A DNA stretch of 64,000 nucleotides from a virus (taxonomy: Duplodnaviria; Caudoviricetes): the IMG/VR virus record IMGVR_UViG_3300046460_000097; one strand, given 5' to 3'. Shown here piece by piece: positions 54,539-62,946 of this stretch (position 1 is its first letter; every line of letters begins with the position of its first letter). A program made the position numbers and the translations under genes. Below the pieces are notes generated by a model. That model did no database searches. It was given only the letters and a program-made list of their open reading frames with translations, and was not told the origin of the DNA.

Positions 54539-54570
54539 AAGGGGGATCTTCGGATCCCCTTATTTTTTCT
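54539..54570 (+). terminator. Intrinsic terminator (UUCG loop)
   Basis: ggggatc-ttcg-gatcccc followed by ttattttttct. Confidence 0.85.
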
Positions 54571-54623
54571 TTGTACCAAACAACTTTGTAATAATCCATT
54601 AATCCATTTTGAGGGACCAAAAT

Positions 54624-54995
54624 ATGAACATGAATGCACTTAAAGTTCACGACCACGTCGTCATCGAAGGTGACGAAGCTCTGAACCCAAACGTAGGCCG
54701 CATGGTTAAACTTGTGGCTTACATCCATCCGCTGGACACCATCTATTATGAAGATGGTTTCTGGCGTGCAGGCCCCGAAGGCGCTTGGGTAGTAACCGCT
54801 GAAGATCTGGTTCGTAAAAAGAACTACAGCGATGTAGAGTTGATCAGCCACCTTACTCTGACCAAACCTACTGAGTTGCGTCTCCTCGGTGCCGAGGAGG
54901 TTGCCGCTATGCTCCCAAAGTCTGATGAGCCGCATATGGTGTTTCACTTGCCTATGCCTCATCGCCCGTACCGCTTCTCTCACACCGCTCACTAA
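54624..54995 (+). CDS. Hypothetical protein, paralog of 52818..53129
   Basis: ATG 54624 after GAGG; PNVGRMVKLVAYI...YEDGFW...GAWVVTAEDL. Confidence 0.65.
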   Translation: MNMNALKVHDHVVIEGDEALNPNVGRMVKLVAYIHPLDTIYYEDGFWRAGPEGAWVVTAEDLVRKKNYSDVELISHLTLTKPTELRLLGAEEVAAMLPKSDEPHMVFHLPMPHRPYRFSHTAH

Positions 54996-55016
54996 TCTGT
55001 CTAACAAGGAACGTAC

Positions 55017-55181
55017 ATGAACGCAATGCAAACTCGCCGTACCATCTCTCCACTGCCTCTGCGTTATTACTCTCGTGACGGGAGTGCTGACTATCAGAAG
55101 TTTATTAAAGGAGCTGGCCGCGTGGTTGTAACATCCAGGATGGATAAGCTAAAGACTATTCTTAAGCGGATCTTTAACTGA
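55017..55181 (+). CDS. Small basic hypothetical protein (54 aa), not in the ORF track
   Basis: AAGGA RBS; MNAMQTRRTISPLPLRYY...LKRIFN; followed by a terminator. Confidence 0.55.
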   Translation: MNAMQTRRTISPLPLRYYSRDGSADYQKFIKGAGRVVVTSRMDKLKTILKRIFN

Positions 55182-55184
55182 CGG

Positions 55185-55222
55185 AATACTCCCCTCTGGC
55201 TAACCACCAGAGGGGAGTTATT
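55185..55222 (+). terminator. Terminator hairpin
   Basis: actcccctctgg-ctaacca-ccagaggggagt. Confidence 0.75.
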
Positions 55223-55243
55223 CTATCACCTTGTTCTTCATTT

Positions 55244-55262
55244 TTTTACAGACCTACATTAT
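55244..55262 (+). promoter_or_regulatory. Phage promoter, TACATTAT variant
   Basis: ttttacagacctacattat; parallels 11895-11911. Confidence 0.55.
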
Positions 55263-55299
55263 TTACCCAGTAAACATTAGGTGATACGAGGAAATTGTC

Positions 55300-55815
55300 A
55301 TGAGTAAAGATAGTGGTCTCGATTCATTGCAGAGGGTCCTTGACAAGGCTCTCGGTGCAGGAGCAACCGAAAAGTTGTTCCCGTGGATGTATGACAAGAA
55401 GACTACCCCTCCTCCTAAGGAAGAAGTTCCCAAGGAACCGGAAGTAGTTACTCACCGTGAACCCTACTTCCCTGGCTGTACTCCACACGAGCCGTCTATT
55501 TACGACACGAGTGGGAATGGTAGCCTCAATCCTGCTTGGGTTGAGTGGTACATGGCCGAATATAAATGTGGTCACCGTGACGCTGTGGTATATGGTGCGG
55601 TGACTGCAGAGCAATTGCTCAAAGGGATTATTCCCCCACACCCAAAGATGTATCGTGGGTTGGGTCCAGCAACACCGCCTGACCTCACCAACCGCAAAGG
55701 ACAAGTTACCATGCGTTGGGTGGTCTACTTCAAAACCAACTTCAAGACCGACCTCAACTATGCCGAGATCACCGTGGAAGGGTACAAACTGTATGAGGAA
55801 CTCTCGAAGCAATAG
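55300..55815 (+). CDS. Hypothetical protein
   Basis: 171 aa, GAGG RBS, first gene after the promoter. Confidence 0.65.
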   Translation: MSKDSGLDSLQRVLDKALGAGATEKLFPWMYDKKTTPPPKEEVPKEPEVVTHREPYFPGCTPHEPSIYDTSGNGSLNPAWVEWYMAEYKCGHRDAVVYGAVTAEQLLKGIIPPHPKMYRGLGPATPPDLTNRKGQVTMRWVVYFKTNFKTDLNYAEITVEGYKLYEELSKQ

Positions 55816-55966
55816 CGAACTGGCTAAGCTCACTAACAAAGAGCTGTTGGCGCTGTTGCCGCATTACCATTTGTACGCAACCTCTGGGGCTAATAATCCC
55901 AAGGTTGCTTCTGGTCCAGAAATGCTGGAAGAACTTAAACGTCGTCTTAAAGAACAATCGGAGTAA
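55793..55966 (+). CDS. Small hypothetical protein (57 aa)
   Basis: ATG 55793 overlapping the upstream stop; ends 4 nt before the next gene. Confidence 0.45.
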   Translation: MRNSRSNSELAKLTNKELLALLPHYHLYATSGANNPKVASGPEMLEELKRRLKEQSE

Positions 55967-55970
55967 TACC

Positions 55971-57857
55971 ATGATCAAACTTAACCTGAACCAGTTTTAC
56001 AATGAAGGCGTTCTGAATCTTTCTGCCTTCACTGACGCACTCACCGAAGCACAGGCCGGTGACACTGAAGGTGCTCTGACCTACCTCGGCGGTTTCCTCG
56101 ACCATTACAAAGCTGCTTCGAGTGATACCGTGGTTGAACGCATCGGCAAAGATCTGTTGGCGGAAGTGTTCATCGTTACCCCGACGTCGTCGATCGACTG
56201 GCCAACTGGTAACGTCGAATCCGTCCTGCACGGCGAAGGCTACATGGTGGTCTTCCAATTCAAACCCGTCACCCAGGAATCCGCGGCCATGCCTCCAGAC
56301 ATACTCCGTATCAATCTGACTGCATTGTTCGTCGACGATCTGGTCGGACCACAAACCATGCTGGAATCCATTCTCGAGAAAGCCCAGAAAGACGGCAGGT
56401 GGGCTGTATCTGTTGAAACGATGCAACAGACCCGGGATGCCTTGTTTCTTAACATCGACCTGTTCCGGGAAATCGTGATGCGGTACGACGACGCCGTGCT
56501 GGATATCTTCGTTCCTGATGGAGACCGGGTAGCCTCGTGGACAACTCATTCCCAGAAGGCTTCCTTCGAGCAGCAGAGAGCGGACGACAACATCATTCGC
56601 CCTCGCTTCAGTCATGACGTGCCTGAAAACCTTCGTCGCCCACAGTTCCGCTTTCAGCAGTACGTGCGGCCTAACTTTAACGAACAGCAATACAACCCAC
56701 ACCCGCAAGATCGCTGGCCAGGGCTGACTAACGAAGGCATCATTGAACTGCTCAACTGCTACTCGCTGACGCAGATCAAGGACTTTCCGCCAGGCATCCC
56801 AACCACTCAACTGCCACAAGGTCTCGACCTGCTGCATTTGATCCAGCTCCGTTTGGGTGCTGACCGTATGCATCGTGGTATGCCAAACATGTTCGGTGGT
56901 ATGCCAAACATGTTCCCCGGCGGCGTGTTCCAAGCCAACATGTTCAATGACGCGCGGTTCAACAAACCTCAGGGTGTATTCGATGCTGCCCGTGAAGCAA
57001 TGCGTGGTGCGTATCGTCCAACGGGTTCTGCTGGCCAGCCTGGCGGTTGTGAAGTGAAGTTCGTCCCGAGACTGAAGTTGCATTTTGTTCCGGCTGAAGC
57101 TGATTCACTGATCGACCTCATGAACAACATTCGCCGGTCGGTTATCAAGCAAATTGGTTTGACCATGGCAACTACAGATCGTGACGTGTTTGTAGAAACC
57201 TTGATCGAGCAAATTCACGTTGTGTTGATGCGCAACCCATTCCCTGACGGCGTAGTTCAGAACAAGGATCAACAGATAACACTGGAAACAGGTTACCCTG
57301 TGCAGTTGACCCGCGGGTTGATGGTGGACTACCGGTTCACCAACTGGATTTTGTATCCGCGTACTGATGCCAACAAAGACGGCGCTATTACCGGGCCTCT
57401 CGATTGGCTGCGTTGGGGTGGTAGCATGATGGACGATTACGATATTGGTCGTCCTATGCACAGCACCACTCTACCGTTTACTGTTACCGATTCGTTCTCG
57501 TTCGTGTTGAACATGAGCCTGTCGATTACCATGGAACGTTTTGAGGCTGGACTGTACGCCATGTCTGGCCTTCCAAAGCCACAGCTGGATGATCATGTAC
57601 GTAAGGTTACCAAGGCGTTGCAAGGTCGTGCCAGAGACCTGGCGCTGTTGCTGGCTGTTGAGACTGGTAAAGAAGTACGCCTGCATTACACTGTCGGTCG
57701 TATCGAAACGCTGGCTGAAGGTCTGCAGAAAATGCTGTGGAGTGATTACAGCGGCTGGTGTGTCCACAGTGATCTGGTGCACAGCGAGCAATACGACATG
57801 AAGGTGCCGGCGTTCATCGTCACCGGTAGCGGAATGTACAACGGGCATGTGCTGTAA
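55971..57857 (+). CDS. Large hypothetical protein with central low-complexity linker
   Basis: ATG 55971 after GGAG, 628 aa; GMPNMF tandem repeat. Confidence 0.7.
   Translation: MIKLNLNQFYNEGVLNLSAFTDALTEAQAGDTEGALTYLGGFLDHYKAASSDTVVERIGKDLLAEVFIVTPTSSIDWPTGNVESVLHGEGYMVVFQFKPVTQESAAMPPDILRINLTALFVDDLVGPQTMLESILEKAQKDGRWAVSVETMQQTRDALFLNIDLFREIVMRYDDAVLDIFVPDGDRVASWTTHSQKASFEQQRADDNIIRPRFSHDVPENLRRPQFRFQQYVRPNFNEQQYNPHPQDRWPGLTNEGIIELLNCYSLTQIKDFPPGIPTTQLPQGLDLLHLIQLRLGADRMHRGMPNMFGGMPNMFPGGVFQANMFNDARFNKPQGVFDAAREAMRGAYRPTGSAGQPGGCEVKFVPRLKLHFVPAEADSLIDLMNNIRRSVIKQIGLTMATTDRDVFVETLIEQIHVVLMRNPFPDGVVQNKDQQITLETGYPVQLTRGLMVDYRFTNWILYPRTDANKDGAITGPLDWLRWGGSMMDDYDIGRPMHSTTLPFTVTDSFSFVLNMSLSITMERFEAGLYAMSGLPKPQLDDHVRKVTKALQGRARDLALLLAVETGKEVRLHYTVGRIETLAEGLQKMLWSDYSGWCVHSDLVHSEQYDMKVPAFIVTGSGMYNGHVL
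56877..56915 (+). repeat. Direct repeat of 18 nt (period 21) encoding GMPNMF x2
   Basis: ggtatgccaaacatgttc at 56877-56894 and 56898-56915. Confidence 0.85.
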
Positions 57858-57872
57858 GTAATACATGAATAG

Positions 57873-57895
57873 CCGTGGGGAATATCTCCCCACGG
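57873..57895 (+). terminator. Hairpin
   Basis: ccgtgggga-atatc-tccccacgg followed by ttt. Confidence 0.6.
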
Positions 57896-57921
57896 TTTAA
57901 CCTAGCTGTTAAGAGGCTGTT

Positions 57922-58449
57922 ATGGACGAACATAATCACACCGTTACCGCTGGACTGTCTTACCGTCAACAGGAAGACGCCGTCCTTCAGTATTTCGCAG
58001 ATAACTGGACAACCAATCCTAAGAAGCTGAAAAAGATGGCACTTAAGATTTGGGCTGACCAACCAGATTGGATTCAACGTGGTCTGCTGCAAAACATCAT
58101 CGAAGACGATAAACCTGCTCAGCTGTTGGAGATGTTCTTTACCATCATGGCCGAGTGGAAGGATGTCGTGCCTAAACTGATTGCCGACGGTAATCACGGT
58201 ATGATCATCAAAGGCAGTAACGAAATTCACGGGTTCGACCTCAAGGCTAACCCTAAGTGGTTAACTGAAGACGATCTCTGGAACCATGAACAAGAGATCG
58301 AGATTCAAGACACCGTTATCAGGCAGTGGATGGCCCAGGAAGGTCTCACCAAGTTCCACGGCAAGATCGTGTTGTTCGACGAGTTCGGCTTCTCCGGTAT
58401 GCTTCGCGAAATTATTGAACCGAGACCAAAAGCGAGGCAAGCAAAATGA
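57922..58449 (+). CDS. Hypothetical protein, TTNPKKL family paralog 1
   Basis: NWTTNPKKL, IADGNHG, KWL, LFDEFGFSG. Confidence 0.7.
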   Translation: MDEHNHTVTAGLSYRQQEDAVLQYFADNWTTNPKKLKKMALKIWADQPDWIQRGLLQNIIEDDKPAQLLEMFFTIMAEWKDVVPKLIADGNHGMIIKGSNEIHGFDLKANPKWLTEDDLWNHEQEIEIQDTVIRQWMAQEGLTKFHGKIVLFDEFGFSGMLREIIEPRPKARQAK

Positions 58450-58802
58450 CTGACAAGCCACGGTTTAATTACGACACAGCAGAGATTGTTGGTGAGCGTT
58501 TGGGTAAGCTCTTTGAGGGGTTGCACAAAGAGCATGCCATGGCAGCAATCGAAGAATTCATCGACGACTATACACACAGTGTATTTGGTGTCGGCGTCAT
58601 CGATGCTTTGCGTCGTGTCAGTTTGCCAGAACGAGGACGGTCACAGTGTATTCAACCACTGGCTGAAGGTCGTGCTGTACTGGTGTCCGCTTATGGGTTT
58701 AACGTTAAGACCAACACCAAGTGCAAGTGCGGGCGTGCTTTCTTGGTACTTGACGAAATGAAGCGCGAAGACCGCGATAAAGAAATGGAAAGTCTGGGGT
58801 AG
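58446..58802 (+). CDS. Hypothetical protein with a Cys cluster
   Basis: 118 aa, ATGA overlap; C...CKC near the C-terminus. Confidence 0.6.
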   Translation: MTDKPRFNYDTAEIVGERLGKLFEGLHKEHAMAAIEEFIDDYTHSVFGVGVIDALRRVSLPERGRSQCIQPLAEGRAVLVSAYGFNVKTNTKCKCGRAFLVLDEMKREDRDKEMESLG

Positions 58803-58809
58803 CCACTTC

Positions 58810-59232
58810 ATGAAAAAGAAATCGAAGTTAGGAGTAAGTCCTAAGGGCGCTGTTGTTCTGCGTGCTCGTGAGGAGGAACGCCGTCGTAATCTTCCTCGTC
58901 CGGTGATCATCACACCTAGCGCTGTTCATCGTGAGCCCAATCCCATTGTGGGGTTGATGCGAGAGTTCCCTGTCCTTGGTATCTTGAACAGGGATCTGGT
59001 TGTTAACAAGGAACTGATCGACATCATTGATGGCGAGTTCCACGTCGTGTTTACCGGACACCCATTCCCGGATGAAAAGAAATACGACATCGTAATCCCC
59101 AAGGTACGTGGACTCGATCCTCCTTCGGCCCACTACCACACCATCGAAGAAATTGACCACACTAATTCCGTAATTAATCGGTTTTTTGAAACGTGGGTTA
59201 AACCTGTTATTGTTGGAAGTGAAGATAAATGA
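58810..59232 (+). CDS. Hypothetical protein, N-terminus related to 60711..61223
   Basis: MKKKSKLGVSPKGAVVLR. Confidence 0.6.
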   Translation: MKKKSKLGVSPKGAVVLRAREEERRRNLPRPVIITPSAVHREPNPIVGLMREFPVLGILNRDLVVNKELIDIIDGEFHVVFTGHPFPDEKKYDIVIPKVRGLDPPSAHYHTIEEIDHTNSVINRFFETWVKPVIVGSEDK

Positions 59233-59882
59233 GCGAATACGTATTCCCTGTAGACCTGCCAGCATTCCAACAGGAGTTGCACATCCTGAGCTGGTTTCAG
59301 GAGAACTTCACCACTAACCCCAAGAAGCTCAAGAAAATGGCTGCTCGGGTTCGCCCTCTGTTGCCTGAGTGGATCCAGAAAAGCCTGTGCGATACCTTGA
59401 TCCTTTCGAACGATCCAGTTCGGTTCATGAAGCGTGCCTTCACGGATCTCGCTGCTTACCCGGCCATCATGGCGGGTCTGATCGCTGATGGCAACCACGG
59501 CATGATCATGCTAGGTGCTGAGATCTACGGTATCTCGCTGGAAACTAATGAGAAGTGGCTCAATCCAAATAAGGACGGTCGGTGGTCGTTAGAAGATGAA
59601 AGCGACATCATTGATAAGGCCTTGCTGCACTGGATGGCCAAGAACCGCATGCGTACGTTCAATGGCCGTCTTACTCTGTTCACTGAGTTTGGCTTCTCTG
59701 GTATTCCGTACGAAGCACCCCATCGTTTCGATGACACCACCTGGGCCAAGCTGACAGAAATCTGGGCAAAGGAAGACAACGAACGCACCAACTTGGAACT
59801 CCAGTATCTGCTTAATCCAGAATTGATGGAAGAAAGCAATGAAACCTCACAACAAACATCCGTACAAGGGACACCACTATAA
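59229..59882 (+). CDS. Hypothetical protein, TTNPKKL family paralog 2
   Basis: NFTTNPKKL, IADGNHG, KWL, LFTEFGFSG. Confidence 0.7.
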   Translation: MSEYVFPVDLPAFQQELHILSWFQENFTTNPKKLKKMAARVRPLLPEWIQKSLCDTLILSNDPVRFMKRAFTDLAAYPAIMAGLIADGNHGMIMLGAEIYGISLETNEKWLNPNKDGRWSLEDESDIIDKALLHWMAKNRMRTFNGRLTLFTEFGFSGIPYEAPHRFDDTTWAKLTEIWAKEDNERTNLELQYLLNPELMEESNETSQQTSVQGTPL

Positions 59883-59961
59883 CCGTCACACCCTGCGTGT
59901 ATTCGCACTTTGTATTATCGTGGGTGTGTTGTTTGCAGTGGCGTCTTTCTTTGTTAATTAG
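59839..59961 (+). CDS. Small single-TM membrane protein (40 aa), not in the ORF track
   Basis: MKPHNKHPYKGHHYNRHTLRVFALCIIVGVLFAVASFFVN. Confidence 0.5.
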   Translation: MKPHNKHPYKGHHYNRHTLRVFALCIIVGVLFAVASFFVN

Positions 59962-59970
59962 GGGAAGATC

Positions 59971-60696
59971 ATGGAACTTGAAGTAGCAGAGTACTACATT
60001 CCTGCTGAAGACGAACCCAGTGTGTTCCGTTCCGATAACAATTATTGGGCGTGGCCACTGTGGTTTGATGCGAGGCAAAGGGGTGCGTACTACGCCGATT
60101 GGAAAGAAAAGAATCCTGATAAACCGATGTACCATTGCCCTCCGGCTTGGTTTGCTTTGCAAGATCCGATAATGGAAAGCGTCAAGCTGATCAAGCGGCT
60201 GCGTAACGAGTTGCAACCAAACTGGTTACCAGATCCTCCTGTCTTCGATCCAGCACCCACCATGTTTATCGGCGATACCCGCAAGATCAGTTTGCGCTGG
60301 GTGTTGCAATACGCTCGTGACAACAACATGTCTCCGGAGTCTGCGGTGTTGGTCGCCGAGCACGAGCGCGATCTCAGCGGACTGACGCTGGATAACCAGG
60401 AATATTGGCAAGACCGTTGGTGGAAGGACATCATGGCTCTTCCTGGGATTGGTTATCCCATCTGGCGCTACAAAGTCGGTCCAGAAACTGTGGCGGTTCC
60501 GTATCTACTACTACCCGGCCCAATAAGCGAGTCCATCGTTATTGTCCAGGTACACGAGAAGAACCCCAAGTTAACCTACAAGTTGGTTACCATCAAGCAG
60601 AAGGGTGGTGAATTTGTGGGTGAGTTCACTGGTTATGAAGGGTTTGGTCAAGAACAACTGACTGCGCTTCTCCATACGTTCTGGGCTGGTTTCTAA
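59971..60696 (+). CDS. Trp/Pro-rich hypothetical protein
   Basis: 241 aa, GGGGA RBS. Confidence 0.65.
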   Translation: MELEVAEYYIPAEDEPSVFRSDNNYWAWPLWFDARQRGAYYADWKEKNPDKPMYHCPPAWFALQDPIMESVKLIKRLRNELQPNWLPDPPVFDPAPTMFIGDTRKISLRWVLQYARDNNMSPESAVLVAEHERDLSGLTLDNQEYWQDRWWKDIMALPGIGYPIWRYKVGPETVAVPYLLLPGPISESIVIVQVHEKNPKLTYKLVTIKQKGGEFVGEFTGYEGFGQEQLTALLHTFWAGF

Positions 60697-60710
60697 TCAG
60701 GAGTCTTGTA

Positions 60711-61223
60711 ATGGCAAAAGAGTTTAAACCAAAGGTGGGCGTGACTCCGACGGGTGCTTTGGTGCGTCTGCCTAAAGAGTACATCGATGTAAAGTGCGGT
60801 GGTCTCACTACACACGAGATGAACGCCAACGGTCGTCTGTATGCACCTGGGTCCATGGACAAACTCGTGCACGACTGGAAACCATCGAAGGAGTTACAGG
60901 ACCTGCTGGATAATCCACCTAAGTACACCTTGGGTGTGTTGGACGGTAAGGCGTGCATCTACGAGGAAGGTAAATGGCCTCGTGGGTTCTCTCCTGTGGT
61001 AACCACCGATACTCCAGGACGTACTGGTGTGGTATACACCAAGGAGGCTTTGGAGAAGTTAGTCGGTCAACAACTGCGTCTCAGCAAGAACGATCTTGTT
61101 GTACTGAGTGCGCTGACTAAACCGGAATCGTTTAACGTTAGCGTGCGCTCTTTCAGTGTGCCGCCAGAAGAACCTCACGAGTGCTACTTTCGCACTGTCA
61201 CTGTTGATTTCCCAAAAGACTGA
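60711..61223 (+). CDS. Hypothetical protein, N-terminus related to 58810..59232
   Basis: MAKEFKPKVGVTPTGALVRL; AGGAG RBS. Confidence 0.65.
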   Translation: MAKEFKPKVGVTPTGALVRLPKEYIDVKCGGLTTHEMNANGRLYAPGSMDKLVHDWKPSKELQDLLDNPPKYTLGVLDGKACIYEEGKWPRGFSPVVTTDTPGRTGVVYTKEALEKLVGQQLRLSKNDLVVLSALTKPESFNVSVRSFSVPPEEPHECYFRTVTVDFPKD

Positions 61224-61228
61224 GCACT

Positions 61229-61747
61229 ATGGCAATTCTGTCACAGCTGGAAGATTACAAAGACCCCTTCAAAGAAGAGAAGGCGGTGTTCGACCACTTC
61301 ACCAGCAACTGGACTACTAACCCCAAGAAGTTGCAGAAGCTGGCTACCCGTATGATTCACTCTGGTGACTATTCGGAATACCTAGTAGAGGGTGTTCTAA
61401 AATCTGTTTTGCGAACCAGAGACCCGCTTGGGTATCTGAAGGAATGTATTAACCAGCACGCTGATTATGCTGTGATCATCCCTGATTTCATCGAGCAAGG
61501 GTTCCACGGGATTATCAAGGATAAGTGGACTGACACTCTTTATCCGCTTGAAGTTAAGGCGTTGGCTAAATGGCTGAAGCTTGAAGACCGTTGGTCAGAA
61601 GAGCAAGAGATCGAAATCATGGAGACAGCAGTTTCTTCATGGATGGAAGCGAACGGTTCCACCAAGTTTGACGGTAAGGTATTGCTGTTTCCCATCTTTG
61701 GGTTCAGTGGTTACTTCCGTGTAATGAAATTCCCTCGCAAGGAGTAA
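61229..61747 (+). CDS. Hypothetical protein, TTNPKKL family paralog 3
   Basis: NWTTNPKKL, IEQGFHG, KWL, LFPIFGFSG. Confidence 0.7.
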   Translation: MAILSQLEDYKDPFKEEKAVFDHFTSNWTTNPKKLQKLATRMIHSGDYSEYLVEGVLKSVLRTRDPLGYLKECINQHADYAVIIPDFIEQGFHGIIKDKWTDTLYPLEVKALAKWLKLEDRWSEEQEIEIMETAVSSWMEANGSTKFDGKVLLFPIFGFSGYFRVMKFPRKE

Positions 61748-61750
61748 CGT

Positions 61751-61909
61751 ATGAACGCAGTAGAGAAAGATGCAATCCCTATGCCTACCGACCCTATGTG
61801 GCACCTGGCACGTAAACCACCGGGTATCCGTAGCAAACCTCGCCCTCGTCGCGTAGTGCCGCTGGACGATCCTGCAAAGGCTCAGGAAGACAAAGGTTTT
61901 TACCTGTAG
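61751..61909 (+). CDS. Small hypothetical protein (52 aa), not in the ORF track
   Basis: AAGGAG RBS, 3 nt after the upstream stop. Confidence 0.55.
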   Translation: MNAVEKDAIPMPTDPMWHLARKPPGIRSKPRPRRVVPLDDPAKAQEDKGFYL

Positions 61910-61917
61910 GGGGTTTT

Positions 61918-62082
61918 GTGGACGAGAAACCCAAAAAGAAGATCTTGATAATAGGCATCGGGACTACTCTCGGGACCGATGCTCTGAAAGAAGCGCTACT
62001 GGATAAAGCCGTAAAGGAAATTGCTCCAAATCACGGCTATAAACAGCGGGCCAAGAAAGGTCGCCCTCAAAGGCCGTATTAA
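61918..62082 (+). CDS. Small basic hypothetical protein (54 aa), not in the ORF track
   Basis: GTG start after AGGGGG; fills the operon gap. Confidence 0.45.
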   Translation: MDEKPKKKILIIGIGTTLGTDALKEALLDKAVKEIAPNHGYKQRAKKGRPQRPY

Positions 62083-62096
62083 GTAAGGACCGAGAC

Positions 62097-62393
62097 ATGA
62101 AAAGTAACCGTATTGGTCGCGCCTTAGTTGGCGGGGTTCCGGTCATTGCCGATCAAGACACACTTATTAAGCTGAAGGTTAAGTTTACACCTTTAGGGGA
62201 ACGTGACCTCGCTAAGTACCTTGAGTGCCAAGAGGGTGTTCTGTACGGTAACACCAGTCTTCCCGGCATGCGTATTCTTAAGGCGTACGTTGAAGAAAAC
62301 AATCTTGATGTAGAGGTGGCTCGTGATATGAAGATGGGTCGTCGCGAGAACCGTAATAATCGACGTAATAAAGCTAAGGCTAACGAGGAGTAA
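62097..62393 (+). CDS. Hypothetical protein with R/N-rich tail
   Basis: 98 aa, AAGGA RBS. Confidence 0.6.
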   Translation: MKSNRIGRALVGGVPVIADQDTLIKLKVKFTPLGERDLAKYLECQEGVLYGNTSLPGMRILKAYVEENNLDVEVARDMKMGRRENRNNRRNKAKANEE

Positions 62394-62396
62394 AAC

Positions 62397-62936
62397 ATGG
62401 GTTGGATTACAAACATTAACTTCTTGGATGGTGTTGAACTTAACGGCACCAAGGTTGCTCGTGGTGTGGGTACTCAGGTTCGCTGGGATCTCGGTATCGG
62501 TGGGTTCAACATCGACAAGAACGGCAAGATCTTGCCTGATGTTTGGCACGGTCATCCGTTTGCTGGTAAGGCGAAGGACGACTACGAGAAAGAACTGGCT
62601 AACTGGACGGGTCCTATGGATACCACCATGGGTGTTCTGTTCTTCAAGGAAGGTCAGCTCTGCCATCTCGATCTGTGTCTGGACGACGTGGGTAGTTATC
62701 TCCTCAACCACACCGGCATCGACTGGGCCTGTCAGCGCGATCAGATCTACCGGTCCATGACGCTGGAAGCTTTCGAAGGTTTCGAAAAGGAGATCAACGA
62801 GTTCCGGGAGAAGTTGTTGTCGGATTCTCCTCTTGATGAAGAAGATCCTGACGAATACGCTTTCTCTGTTGCACGCAAGATCTACAAAGAACGTACCGGT
62901 GAAATCACCGATCCGTACTACGCAAGGGCAGGTTAA
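62397..62936 (+). CDS. Hypothetical protein
   Basis: 179 aa, GAGGAG RBS. Confidence 0.65.
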   Translation: MGWITNINFLDGVELNGTKVARGVGTQVRWDLGIGGFNIDKNGKILPDVWHGHPFAGKAKDDYEKELANWTGPMDTTMGVLFFKEGQLCHLDLCLDDVGSYLLNHTGIDWACQRDQIYRSMTLEAFEGFEKEINEFREKLLSDSPLDEEDPDEYAFSVARKIYKERTGEITDPYYARAG

Positions 62937-62946
62937 GGAGAAAACA

